Below, piece after piece: positions 13,618-26,700 of a stretch of 64,000 nt of DNA. The translations under genes were made by a program, and so were the position numbers. Source of the stretch: Dipteris shenzhenensis (Eukaryota); NCBI GenBank assembly GCA_047967505.1, contig CM106538.1. One strand, written 5' to 3'. The notes beneath the pieces were generated by a model. It was not told where the DNA came from, did no database searches, and saw nothing but the letters and a program-made list of their open reading frames with translations. Position 1 is the stretch's first letter, and each line of letters opens with the position of its first letter.

Positions 13618-14699
13618 CACATATCATAGTACAATGTTGCCTTTCTCCTAGGGCTATTGAAGGAGTCCTACAATGTGAAGGAGCTTGAGAGGAGGAGGAG
13701 GGACATCATAATAGCTTAAAAGAAGCTATGAGTAGAAGGTTCAAGAAGGATGTAAGCATCTCAACTAAAAAGTAGAAAATCATGGATATGACTTGTTTGG
13801 AGATGGAAGGATGCATGGCAATGGACACGAGATAAAGTGATGAATGTGGAGCTTGCAACAAGCTAGAGAGAAGTGAAGTATCACATCAACACAACGAAGA
13901 GGATAAGGAGAGGAAGGAGGTAGTGGGTGATATTTTACATGTGGATCTTGCAACAAGCTAGGAGAGAGGTGAAATAATCACATAAACAAAGAAGAGGAGA
14001 AGGAGAGCAAGAAGGAGTAGCGAGCAAAAAATTGCAAAAAAGGAAAATTTTTCAAGTGTTTCAAAACTTAGGATTGTCCATTGTGTCTCCACATGCTCTC
14101 TTCACAAGAGAAGGCATTTGTAGGATTATCATTAAAATCTTCACCACATATCTCACATGGGCCTATGTAAACTATTGGAAAGTTCCTTGATCCTCCATGC
14201 ATAAGAGGTCTTGAGTTCAAGTCCCACATTGCACTTTAGAGGACCTATCCCTTTGGATGAAAGACCATAAATGATAGGATTCCAAATTTGGAGGCCCATC
14301 ATTTTCAAGATGTTGGGTAAGTTTAAAATTCGACCCCCTCATCTCAAGAATTTCAATTTGAAGAGGCAGTCACTTGTCAAACTTGACCCATGCAATTTTG
14401 AAATTGAGGTGGTTTTGGAATAAAAGAAATCAATATTTAGAGGGGCAATTTTTTTCTTTGAACTTGGAATCTAGAGATTTTTGAATGAGATTAGAGAGCA
14501 CATCATGTTCATCAAGGTCCATAACTTGGTGGACAGTATCATTAGAGGACCAACAATCAAGCCTGTATAAGGCATAATTGTGCAATTCAAGTGCTTGATT
14601 CATTATCAAGATGACAAAAGTGGTGCAAAATTTCATCTACCAGACACTTTGGTCATTTCATGTGGTAATAACTCCATATTTGGAAATGTTGGATAAAAA

Positions 14700-15176
14700 A
14701 TCTCTTCATGGGATGATAGTCATGGGAAATTGTTGATGAGAAAGTGCCTACTCTAACAAAATACCACACAAATGGAGAAGCATGGATATGATGACGTGAA
14801 ATCCAAATCTCTAGACATTTTTATAGCATGTATAGAGGATAGAGTGTTTTCCTAAGTGATGCATTATATACAAGTATTTGAAGTCTATGAAGGAAAGATA
14901 TTGGTCACATGTCTAAACCAAAAGATACAATTGCCAAATCTCAAAATGAGATATAGTGATACAATGATGGACCATCTGAACAAGATGAAGATCCTGATAG
15001 CCTAATTGAGTATGTATTTGAGATGCTAAAGTTCATCTATAAAGGAAAGATATTGGTCACATGTCTCAACCAAAAGATACAATTGCCAATTCTCATAATG
15101 AGATACGGTGATACAATGGACCATTTGAACAAGATGAAGGTATTGATAGACTAATTGAGTATGTATTTGAGATGGA
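14700..15176 (+). mobile_element. Copia gag (UBN2-like) fragment with a ~150-bp tandem duplication
   Basis: QKIQLPNLKMRYSDTMMDHLNKMKILIA-like segment occurs at about 14890-15025 and again at about 15040-15176. Confidence 0.55.
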
Positions 15177-15791
15177 AGACTATAAGTTTTTTAATGCCAA
15201 CATCAAATTGATAAAAATTTCTAGCTCCACTTTTTTTATGGTCCACTAGCTTTTCCAACTTTTCATCATTTGGATCCAAAAAGTTTCTAAGAATAGGAAA
15301 ACTATAGCAAGAAAGAGACAAAAATGGGCCCTTGGGTAGTAGTGTCTCTTTGCACTTCCACAACCTTTCCTTTTCATTTGACTACAACAACATGGGTCCT
15401 TGGTGTGGCCTTCCCCTTGGCTAGCAGTGTCTCTCTTTGCACCTGTGCAACCATTCCTTTCCCTTTGATTTTGCAACAACATGGGTTTCTTCCATGGCAT
15501 GACCTTCCCTCATCATAATAGGAAACTTAATGGGACTCATATTGTGATTCCTTCTCATGCTCACCATCTTTGTTTGCTTGAATCGTCCCATTTAACGCAC
15601 TCAAGCCCTTTAATGTAAAACTATCATCTTTGAGCTTCCATGATCCTTATTATCTCCTTGACTCCCCCTACATTGTTTTTGCATATGTGTTTCTATTTTG
15701 AGATGGGATAAGTCTAAACACCCACTTTCTCAACCTCATGCAAAATTTTAATTGACCTAATATTGAGTATTAATGATATTTACATCAATAA

Positions 15792-15927
15792 CCAGAGGGG
15801 GCATTGAGAATGGTGTAAATTGTACCATGAATATGCTTTACTTCTTCTCAAGGATTTATTGTATAAAGGATTTATACTATGAAACCTATCTTTATGGTAC
15901 AATTTACACCATTCTCAACACCCCTGG
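15792..15927. repeat. MITE-like inverted repeat (about 35-bp arms)
   Basis: TTGAGAATGGTGTAAATTGTACCAT (15804-15828) and its reverse complement at 15894-15918, with imperfect extensions on both sides. Confidence 0.75.
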
Positions 15928-16493
15928 CTCAAATCATGATAAAGAAGTAAAGGATGCTTTACAAAATAAATTCTTAGATTCTAAAAAGTCGCAATATGGT
16001 AGCAAAGCAATAAAAGCCCAAAAACATGCTTAATGCAAAAAAAAATGCTAAGATTATAATAGAAATAATATGTACAGTTGTGCTTAACTATTATTTTTCC
16101 CTCTCAAGCTATAGATATTTTTGAAGAATATCAAGCTATTTTCCAGAGTAGTAGTAATTGGTTATTTAATAATAGTAAATATCATTTACTTATTAGTATA
16201 TCCTTAGTTATTTGCTAATTAGTTAGTACTATACATCACAGTGTAGAGGGTATCATATGTAAGATTGTAGTGAATGTAGGTTAGTGTTTAGATAATGATA
16301 GATTGCTTAAAGGGAGGCTAATGTTAACTTCATGATAGTTGTAGATTGCATTAGTAGTAAGATAGTGTGCTAGTCGTATGTTAGTTCTCTAAGTCTAGGA
16401 GCCTTGCTAGCCATTAGTGGATGATATAGTGTCCTTCTTAGAGTAATTTGACATATCATACTCTTTGTTTTATGTATCTCATGTTGAGAATGG

Positions 16494-16665
16494 TGTCAAA
16501 TATAGAGATAGGGTTCATGGGAAAAACTCTAACCCTAATCCTAAAGGGTGAGCATGCATGTATTCTACTTTCTTTGGAATACAATATAGTGTATAGTTAG
16601 TCATCTTGTGTGTTCTCCTCATGCTCTCACCCTTTCCATATCCTTATTTGACTTGGTATCAGAGC
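16494..16665 (+). mobile_element. Short (about 160 bp) 5' LTR followed by a tRNA-Met primer binding site
   Basis: Termini TGTCAAATA and TATTTGACT, then TGGTATCAGAGC at 16654-16665. Confidence 0.6.
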
Positions 16666-17165
16666 TAGAGGAGTTATAGAGAGTGCTTCAAGCCCTTAAA
16701 TTATTAAGGCATAAGTCCCCCTTTGAGTGACTTAATGTTCAAGATTCTAGAGCAGTTTGTAGAGGATTATTTCTCATTTAAATAGCTCTACATTTTGACT
16801 CTAGAAGCTTGAGATATTTCTTTTTAAATATTGATAAGTTTTCTTTTGTACGGTTGTCTGTTTTGTAGTTTGCAAGAGTATCTTAAGGGCTTTAAAGAGT
16901 GACAATATTGTGTGAGTTCATTGAAAAAGGGGGTAACCTAAGCTCTTCTTTGTCCTCGTTAACCTTGGGTATTGCATTGAATAGCTCATCATAGCTTAGC
17001 CATAGCCTTTGGCTACACTTTCATTAAAGCAGCCATCTCCTCTTCATTGACATCTATGAGAAAAAGATCTTTAAAGTCCTCGAGAGACATGATGTGGCAA
17101 CCTCCCTAAGGAGATAGCCACGGAGATGCCTCAGTTCTACATCATTCCTTGATGTTTACAACCAT

Positions 17166-17410
17166 TGTTAGGAGCAATGCAATAATGGACCAACAATGGA
17201 ATAAGAGAAATGCATGAAATACATAATACAAAAAGCGCACAGAATGGAAGAGAAAGAGAGATATCAATATACGTGGTTCACCCAGTGTGGACTACATCCA
17301 CGAAGAAACAGCAAGTCCTATGTTATTCTTATCCAGCAAGCAAGAAGATATAAGGTACCAGCAATATATCCACTACTCTACTATTATGTGAGCCACACCC
17401 TTATCTGACA
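17166..17410 (-). mobile_element. Solo or truncated LTR (Copia/TRIM-like)
   Basis: TG...CA ends. The minus strand carries GTGGATGTAG...GGTGAACCACGTA, a motif typical of Copia/TRIM LTRs. No matching TSD. Confidence 0.5.
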
Positions 17411-19959
17411 AATTTGACCACACAACTCATAAGCAACTCATGCACCAATTTTCATGTATTTTTGGCTTCAAGGGTGCTACTTGCGGACCCTCGCCAAGAG
17501 CGACATAATGCTCGATCACATCCTAGGTAACCCCCCCCCTAAGCATGCCTCGATCAAAATCATAGCCCAAAAACAACCTATAAAAAAAGGATCAAGCACC
17601 ACAAACAACCACTATTGTCCTAAATCTCTTTTGTGGCCTATTTTTCTTGTAGCCTCATCATCATCCTTGTTATTCCTTAACCTCTCTAAATCCTATCCAA
17701 ACTACAATGTAAACTTGTCTAGCCTTTAAGCATGTGGTAGATTCTATCTCAATGGTTAAATCAACAACTAACATGTGGCATGCCACACCAACATTGATTT
17801 ATTATGCTACCTTTAGGGCTGCGTCCGGTTTGTGAACGCAGCCCGTCAGCTATAAGCTGACCTCTTGTATCTTGTTCTCGAAGTAATATAATTAGCACTG
17901 TTTTTTCGGCAAAAAAAAAATGCCACACCAACATTTTTTGACCTCGATGGCAAGTTAGCATTTTTGGACCTCAATACTTACATGAATATTTTTAGACCCA
18001 AACACCATGTCAAACTTTTTGGACCTGGATACCACATGACCATATTTTTACCTAAATGCCACATTATCATCTTAGTGTCCACACCGTTCCATTTAAATTC
18101 CATGTCATCATTCTATCTTAGCGTAGCTATGTGATAACACAATACGATTAGTAATATTGTCACTTCAGTTTTGACATGTGGCATATAAGTCACATGGCCA
18201 ATGCTTGCTAGTAGGCACATAGCGCTTGCTAAGAAAAATATTCAACGTGCATATCCACACATATGCTAATTTTTAAAATACTTATGTCACTAGGTATTAT
18301 AATATTTTTTGAAATATTTACGTCACTAGGTATTGCAAAAAGTATTGGTGATGCTTTCTATGTGTTCCTTGACTATGCATCCACAGTGACATAGGTATCA
18401 CAAAAAGTTGGTGTTGCTTCCTATATTCCAAATATGTCATCAAATTTCCTTTCCATTTCCTAAATGATAAAGAATGATATAGAATTTTTTTTCAACAATA
18501 TGGATGCATAGTCAAGCAACATAAAGGTGCTAAGGTTGGCAGATTGTTTAATTTTTCACTAGTAGTTTCAATTTAGAGCTCTTCTTACTCATCATCAAAA
18601 TCAAGATGCAAATATTTGTTAACAAGGTACAACAATCCAATAATTGGAATAGGACTTCTTCAAATGAAATAGGAAACAGATATTTTGAATGATTCTCCAG
18701 AATGAAACTCCATGAAAACTTTACAAATCATCTACCATAAACAGAAATACATTGCAGAATACATCATAAATAGATAAAAAATGAACATAAGTATTGCAAC
18801 TATATTTTTAAAATACTCTACATTGGGATGATTACAAAGAATCCACAAAAATTCTAAGTACTCATAGCAGATTCATAACAATTCATAGTCAAAAGGCTTC
18901 ATACAACCATACCTATATGAGAATCCAATAGACACACCTGAAATTGGTCACCCCTCATATCATGTGTTATGAGTAGTCTCTAAGAGTAATTTTTCTACTT
19001 ATATTCTTAAAGCATTTTCCTAGTTCTATACTAGATAGAGAATTCTCAAGCTTGAACCCACCAAAATATTTCTAATCTCAAAGCATTGGAATCTAGTAGA
19101 CCCTCGACATATGTTATGCTAGAAAGCAGAAAGAAGAGCTTGGTCTAGTACCAAGATTCTAGCCACCCCATACAAATCTATTTACTAAACCCTTCAACAT
19201 GAGATCTAAGTGCCAAAGCTAGGGTGGTATTGTTCAAAAAAAAGAAAGTGTTGACATTTTGACATTTTGACATTTTGACATTTTTAAGAGAATGACATTA
19301 TTTGTTCAAAAAACAAATTTGCAATACAAAGACTATCTTTAAGAAAGTTTTTATTGAGTAACAAGCTCAATATCTGTAATCTATTCACTAGTTTCCATAG
19401 CTAATCCAAAAATTGTCAGGTTGTTGAATTTTTTTGTTCACTTCCTTGGTAAGATTTGTCTCTTTTGGAGAGGTTTTCTTTTACTCTTCATAGTTGACAA
19501 GTTTGAAAACTTTTAGACTATCCTATATTTTTTTATTTAGGAACATGCCCTATACTTTTGACACCACATCCTTTTCATGTATTAACACCATCTCTACATC
19601 TTCTTTAACAAGCATTGGAACTTCTCTATTTTTGTCATAGTTTCCTCCGTATCCAATGGAATGAGAAAATACTTCCTAGATGATCCCCATGGAAAAGAAT
19701 ATTACTCCCATGACTTGTAAAAATCCTTCCTTAATTTATCCCCTCTCCACACAATGTTTTCCTTGTTTTGTTCTCAGCTTGATAGTAACATTTGGATGTA
19801 GGTTTAGCATAATTTGCTTTTAGAGCCTCATGGCATCATGAGTTCTTTCATACCCTGATTTGTCAGTTGGAAAGAAAGATCAATCACCTCCTGGTTATAA
19901 CTAGCCCGACGTGAGAGTTGTGATGATTTTTGCTAGTGTTGTAACCAGCTAAAATTTGA

Positions 19960-22217
19960 TCCTACTCCTCAATAGCTATCAATGCCTTTGTCGACGCACT
20001 AATAGTTTGCGCAAAAGAATATAAAGCGGCAAAAGTAGCATCGAGCTTGGAATGCGGCATGTTGCATCTCATTTTTTTCCTTGGATTCCTACCATGATAC
20101 TTGCATGAACAATTTTGGCATAGTTTTACATTCTCACCATGTTCTACTATGTAGAGTAAGGAATAATTATTCTTAGATATATAGTCATACTTTGCCACAA
20201 TAGCAATACTCTTTTCAAAAACAAAAGTAACTACATTCTACCATTAGCTCTTCTATAATTTTTTATTTTTCTCAAGCTCACTAGTGCACCAAACTCTTTG
20301 ATCATTAGTTTGTCAAGACATTGAGTCAGTGCTTTAACTATTGCACTTGGAATCAAAGGTAACTTAAATACTTGTGCAACCAATTCTACACTGATAGCCA
20401 TCTTAGGAGTCAAAAAACCCTTTGTGTTATGCAAACTTTTGAACTGCATGGCTGCATTCTGATTCATGGCCTAGAACTCCACCATGGCAAAAAGTTATAT
20501 TAAAGTAACCCAATCCTCTCCAATTAGAGTACATTTTCACAATATTGAATCATCAAGGTGATATTTAAAATCCTAAAATTGGGGCAACACATCATAAGCC
20601 ATCCTTTTTCAAGACTATTTCTTTGACTCGACAATTATTTCTCTAAAAAAGCATCTACCTAAAACACCTTGATGGGCCTACTCCACTATGGCTTAGTATT
20701 CATGCTTCCTAATGTAAGATCAGATCACATGGTTAATACTACCCTTAGATAGAGCAACTCGATAACCAAAAAGGGTTTTCTCTTCAAAGTTAAGCACCTT
20801 GTTTGATCTTTTGACATTGACTTTGAAAAAACTCCATTAGTCAAAAATTGTAGTATCTAGTCATATGAATCCATGTTGTGAAAGCTTCTATCTATAATAC
20901 ATATGCATTTAGTAAATCATATGGGATATCTTTTCTAGGGACCTCACAAAATTCCAACCTACTACGATACTATGCAATCAAACTCTATTTGCTTGGTGTA
21001 TGAACTATGGTATAGTCAAATTCTTTAACATAATCCAATGCGCAAGCCTTTTTGTTGATTGTGTCTTATAAATTAAATACAATAGACCCTAATGGTCTAC
21101 ATGAAAAACAATTTTATTGCACAACAAATAATAACAAACCTTATGCAAAGCATAGATCACTCCTAAGCATTCCCATTTTGTTACAAAATAACTTTGTTCT
21201 ATTGGTTCATAGTCACTGCTACAGAGCCTGTGGGATGGTGAGTTGGTGCTCAAAACTCCGAAACCCTGACTTGGGAGCTTTTCAATCAAATGATGCATGT
21301 TGCTCAGAAAACTTAAGCTTGCTTGATAGTGCTCTCCAACACTAATTTGCTGCCTTTTTGCTGATTCAAATATTACTTTTACTATATCCAGTTCTACCTC
21401 AAGTTTTGCTACATCCTTCAAGAACTCATCCTGCAGTACACTACTGTGTAATAAATTGTCTACTTTACTACACACCCAGCTAAGTCTATGTATAATTGAT
21501 TCAACTTTTGTGAGAGCTTCGCCCTCATTTGCAGTAGTAGCCTCAAAATTTGCATGCAATCTTGCATTCTCTTTGACATTGTACCCTTCCACTCATGCAG
21601 TATGTACCTTCTTGCTCCATGCTCAACTTCAATTGATCTTGTAAACTTACAAGCTCCCATTTTCCTGTAGATGTGTCTACATCACATTCCTACTTGATAC
21701 ATGTGCTATCCAAGCTAGCCAAGCGCAGATTCACATCTCTATGTTGGGCAAAGTCATCCCAATCCAAATTTACTCCATGAGTAGATGCAACGAATGCCTG
21801 CGCCAACACTGTACCAACTTCATTGTTCGTGACGGTTTTCGAATTGTAAGTCCTATAATAAATCTTTATAAAATCATTCAGCAAAATGATTTCTTCAGTC
21901 GACCTATATGAAAGCCACGTTGGCTCTCTTTGTCGTTGTTCCCCATATTTCTCAAATCCAATTGTCCAACTCCAGATATGAGTTTGGCTTCGCTCTCAGG
22001 AAAAATCTCCATCCAAGACTGGAATTGCTATTGGTTTGCTGTCCTTAGTCTTTGGCTTCTCTTTGATTGGAGTCAAAATAGAAGCTGCTTTGCTGTCCAT
22101 AGCCTTTTCCTTCTCTTTGGTTGCACACTTCTTGGATAGAGTGTTTCTTCTTGGAGAAAGGACATTGGGCTTCTTGGAGGCAGGAGATGTGATGCCTTTG
22201 GGCTTCCTTGAAGACAT
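19960..22217 (-). mobile_element. Gypsy remnant mosaic: accessory-ORF pieces, RNase H and decayed integrase
   Basis: RNase H motif EQSYFVTKWECLGVIYALHKVCYYLLCNKIVFHVDH at about 21090-21230 and AHQGVLG at about 20665. Flanking decayed K-rich or coiled-coil ORFs include VNLDWDDF and ISVELVAQVFKLP. Confidence 0.65.
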
Positions 22218-23319
22218 GGCAGTCTTCAGCTACTACTATAAAGAGAGTAACATTTTAGTAGTACTAGGACTCACACTAAGATGAAATGGAGTAAAATAAC
22301 AAAGAGAGAGAGAGAGAGAGGAAGAGAGAGAGAGCAACAACAAAAGCAGAAAGTTTGCATGTTGACAGAAGGAATGGCAAAAGACAATCGCATGCAGGTC
22401 CGAATATTGAATTATGGGGGGAAAGCATTTAGAGAATGGAGGAAAAGCAAAGAACGAATAGAGAATGGGGGAAAAGAGAAGAACGAATAGAGAGAGAGAG
22501 TGTGTGTGTGTGTACTCACAAGAGAGCAACCCGCGTCAATGTCCTGCGAGAAAATTTGACGTGGAAATCAGAAGTTTAGAAGTTCGAAAGTGGAAGCTAG
22601 AAATAAGAAGTTTGAAAGTGGAAGTGATAGAGTGCAGGTTCAAAACTGAAACACCTGAGAGGAGACATAGTGCATGAAAATGTGTGTATGAGCGTGAGAA
22701 TGCATACACGAAAATATCTTGTGCATGAGAATCTATAATCAATAAATATATTAGTGCATATCGATTCGAGAAATCTCTCCATATAGCACACTACTTAGTA
22801 CTACCACATTCTTGCCAATAGTACATACACCATAGCATGCTTTCACCGATGGTTAAGTTAAATATGACATTAGTCAGTAGATTGCCACATGCCAGAATAT
22901 TGGCTTATCCATAGTGCACAGACAGCACACAGATTCTCTTACCACGCACATGTTTCACACAGCATGTGAATACATAAGCCACATCACCACATATTACCAC
23001 ATCATCAATTGCATGACAATCCGTAACTTGCAATCCCGAAAGTATTAGCACTCGCTCCAAAAGGGAAAAATGATCGGCTTTTGGAGTCCTACGCACTCGT
23101 AACATCATAATCATTGTATGCAATTAGATACTGCCAATCATAAGCATGCCGAAAGCACAAGTGTGTGAGATCACAAAACATGGCATCCACACATAAATCA
23201 CTAAAGGCACAGGAAGAAAAAAGCATCATGCATCAAGCTACTTCAAGCAAAGAAGAGAACACCACTGAGCAAAGAGAAGCAAACCTTGCCACCTTTAGCC
23301 CACATGTTTGTAAATCAAA

Positions 23320-23730
23320 CCTGACCACCTACAAGTAGCCATGCAAGCACTCAGGGGAGGTATTAACATGTAAAAGCCACAGTTGACCACCTTAAGTAGC
23401 AAGGTATGCACTAAGGGGAGGTGATGGATTTGTAACTCACATCTTACCACCTTGCGGTAGCCAATCGATCATGGGCCATGGCACCAAGGGGAGGTGTTGA
23501 GATATGGTACCTTCAAATCATGGCATTCAACTAAGAGGAAAAAATCATGCCTAGTTATATTTGATTATTAACAAAAGTACTTGCAAGCCTAGTTGTATAA
23601 CATGTTATCCTCTTGGATTTGCGTAATTTCCTATTAAGTTCTACTAGATGGGCCTTTGCATAGTTAGAAGGAAGGGTCTATAAAATCCCATACATTGACA
23701 TGAGAATGACACTACACAATTCGACGGCCA
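23320..23730 (+). mobile_element. Three PPT-ending tandem units followed by an LTR start
   Basis: Three ~60-bp units each end in AGGGGAGGT. The third runs into TGTTGAGA at 23495. TATA-like CTATAAAA at about 23678. Confidence 0.55.
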
Positions 23731-23739
23731 TCCCACTAG

Positions 23740-26700
23740 GATTCCTTCTATCACTGCTTGAAGTGAATCCAACTCTTCATTAGATATCTTAAAGCATGCA
23801 CGAAGGTGTTCCATGTCGAATCAAACTACATCCTGCTAGCTCCATATATTTTGACAATGTCCTGATGCTTTTTTTATAGAGATGGCAGGCTCTAAAAATG
23901 TCATAAATTGAAAACGGCTCTCCAAGCTTGCCCAAGGCCGTGGACCATTAGATTCCATCAAGGAGTCTCTCATCACCTCTAAAGTGTCCATCCTTTCCAT
24001 GCCAAAAGACATATACATTGTTTCCAAGCTCTTACCAACCTTAGTTTTGGGTCCAAATCCATGATTCAAAGGAGGAAATCAGAAAAAATATAGTTGTCCC
24101 AAGGCAGATTAGCCCCCCTTGCTTTTAAATTTGATGATAAATGATTTGATAGTCGATACTCATGGGAATTGAGTCTTGAAGAGTTTGGGGAGCCACTTAG
24201 TGTGATGAGGAATGTGTTCCATAGACCTATTCCTAGGAGGCCTAGTCCCCCTTGGGTTTTTGGGGTCTTTAATGCCTCCCACGGTACGTAGTGTATCTTT
24301 TGTCTTTGGTGATAAATGCTTTCACAATTGGTACCAATGGGAATTGAGTCTTGAAGAGTTTGGGGAGCCACTTAGCCAATGAGGCAGTGTTTTGTAGACC
24401 TATGTCTGGGAGGGCTAGTCCCCCTTGGAGTTTTGGGGTCTTCATTGCCTCCCATGGTACATAGTGCATCTTTTATCTTTAATGATAAATGCTTCCACAA
24501 TTGATATCCATGGGAATTGAGTCTCAAAGAGTTTGGGAGTTGCTTAACGATGATGAGGCCGGTCTTTCATAGACCTATGCCTAGGAGGCCCCTTGGAGTT
24601 TGGGGTCTTCAATGCCTCCCACGATAGGTAGTGCATCTTTTACTTGTTACCTTCCTTTATCCAAAGAAAGTCCCTTAGTGGCCTCTCTATCTCGAGCCAG
24701 TGCCCCTTTTTGAAATTCCATATAGATGCCACATTTGTGATTGCAGTAGCCAGAATATGTTGGATGACATAAGGGTTGGTGCATTCCAACTCAGATAGAC
24801 CCCACTCTAGCCTTTTATCTTAGTTTGATTCTGTCCTTAAGCCATATGAAGCACTACCTCACTAATATTCCTAGACCAATAAGAGTGCATAGGTATCAAA
24901 CCAGCTCCCCATGCTAGATGAGCTATATGTGAAGGCCACAAACCCACTCAAGGGGTGGCTCATGATCTGTCATGAGAGTGGCAGTATTTTGCCAGCTGCA
25001 TTTTGACCCAGAAGCGCTACAAAATATCTCTAAGTTCCCAAAAAGCCATGACACACAGTCCTAAACCTCTACTGACAAAGCCATGATATTGTTAGAAAAA
25101 AGTTGCATGTAAAACGGGTCCACCAAATGAAGCATCACCCCTTTTATTTCACTAGCATCAACCCCCTGTTTCAACAAGTGCATCAACAATACCAATCCAA
25201 TAGTGAATACAAGTGGTGCTAGGGGGCATCCCTGGTGTACCGACCTTCTCAAATTGAATCGGCTTGTTTAGGCGTAGAATCACTATGGCATTTCCAAATA
25301 GACACTCTACCTTCTTCATGAATCCGAAACTCTAAACCCAACCTCTTCAAAATTGAGAGTTGGTAGTCCCATCAAACTTAATCTTAAGTCTTATTCAAAT
25401 TGAATCTGCACATCATCATGCAATGACGTGTGGAACATGCATAGTTTATTGCCATTGAGACATTCAATATGTTCATGAAAATGTATTTGCCTAATCCATT
25501 CTATTTTGAATCTACCACCGTGGTCTATAAGAGCTAGACTTGCTTGCCACCGACACTCAATATGTTCATGAAAATGTATCTTCCTAATGGATTCTGCTCT
25601 GAATCTACCACTATGGTCTGTAAATGCTAGACTCGCTTGTCAACTGACAAGCGATTCTAGCACACAGTGGTAGATTCAGAGCAGAATGGATTAGGAAGAT
25701 ACATTTTCATGAATGTACTGAATGTCTCAACCCTCTTGGCTTTTATTGAAATGTTTTTGGTAGGGAGATAGAACTAACATTCAACCTTGGCAAGACCAAG
25801 GACAGACCTCCTTGATGCAAAGGGCTAGTGCCTTTACAATGACTTTATATGATGTATTGAGCATCGTTATGGGGTGCTAGTCCCCTACCTTCAAGCAGCT
25901 CTGCCATTTTAAGAAAGAGCTTCATGAGGCCAGAGTTCACATCTTCAAAGAGCGAGCCCTTTTGGTTGTTGTATTGGCCATGTCGACCAGATCTTGACCC
26001 ATTACGCCCAAAAGGCACGAAAGAATTCATGGTTTAAGCCATTAGATCTCAAGTATTTGTCTTCCTTGAAGGCCTTCAATGAGAATTCCATCCCTTCAAG
26101 AGTGAAGGGTCTTGCCAATGGGCCACTCTGGCACATAAAGATTCTAGGTTCCAACACATTCAAGGCTTTTGCAAAGCTATTATGCCAGTTGGCATCCTAA
26201 ACTACCATCTTACTACTATGAGCTCCTACCTAATAGCTTTAGCCACATCCCAAAATTCAGTCATATGTTGCCATGTGCATCTTGCACTTTATAAATGGCT
26301 TCCCTTATCTTCTTCCTTTTTATTGCTTGAAAGAATGCTTGGATGGGCAATCACCCACTAACAGGCAAGTCAATCTGCTTTTAATCTGAGCTGCGCCTTC
26401 CTCTTCTAGCTCCCACTCTTACAGCACCAATTTTCTCCACCAAGGGCATGGCAGTTTAGTGTCCCCATGTCTTGTGGGAGATCTATGATATACCCTTTAG
26501 CTTCAATAAAAAGAATCTCTATTTTGCGAGTCCATTATGCAGTTATGGAGGGTTGCATGTGGGACACCACCATCCGCTGTAAATCCAGGAGATTGATGCA
26601 ACATAGAGCAGTGCACCAAAGGATATGGCAAATGTCGACCATTAACAAGGGTGAATTACAGTATGGCTAAACCACCCGTAAACCTTAGGTGCTAACTAAA
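23740..26700 (-). mobile_element. L1-type LINE ORF2 remnant (RT and downstream domain) with internal triplication and inversion
   Basis: RSVHQGCPLAPLVF, QLFSNN (degenerate FADD) and three copies of HYVPWEAMKTPKLQGGLALPDIGLQNTASLAKWL. Boundaries are approximate. Confidence 0.85.

Noticed and set aside
14196-14236. tRNA or tRNA-derived SINE (B-box-like GAGTTCAAGTCCC)
   Set aside because: No convincing A box or cloverleaf could be built.
16528-16545. Telomere-like TAACCCTAAT motifs (also near 13490)
   Set aside because: Single degenerate units, not an array.
17816-17844. GC-rich 9-bp hairpin GGGCTGCGT/ACGCAGCCC as a Helitron 3' end
   Set aside because: No correctly placed CTRR terminus on either strand.
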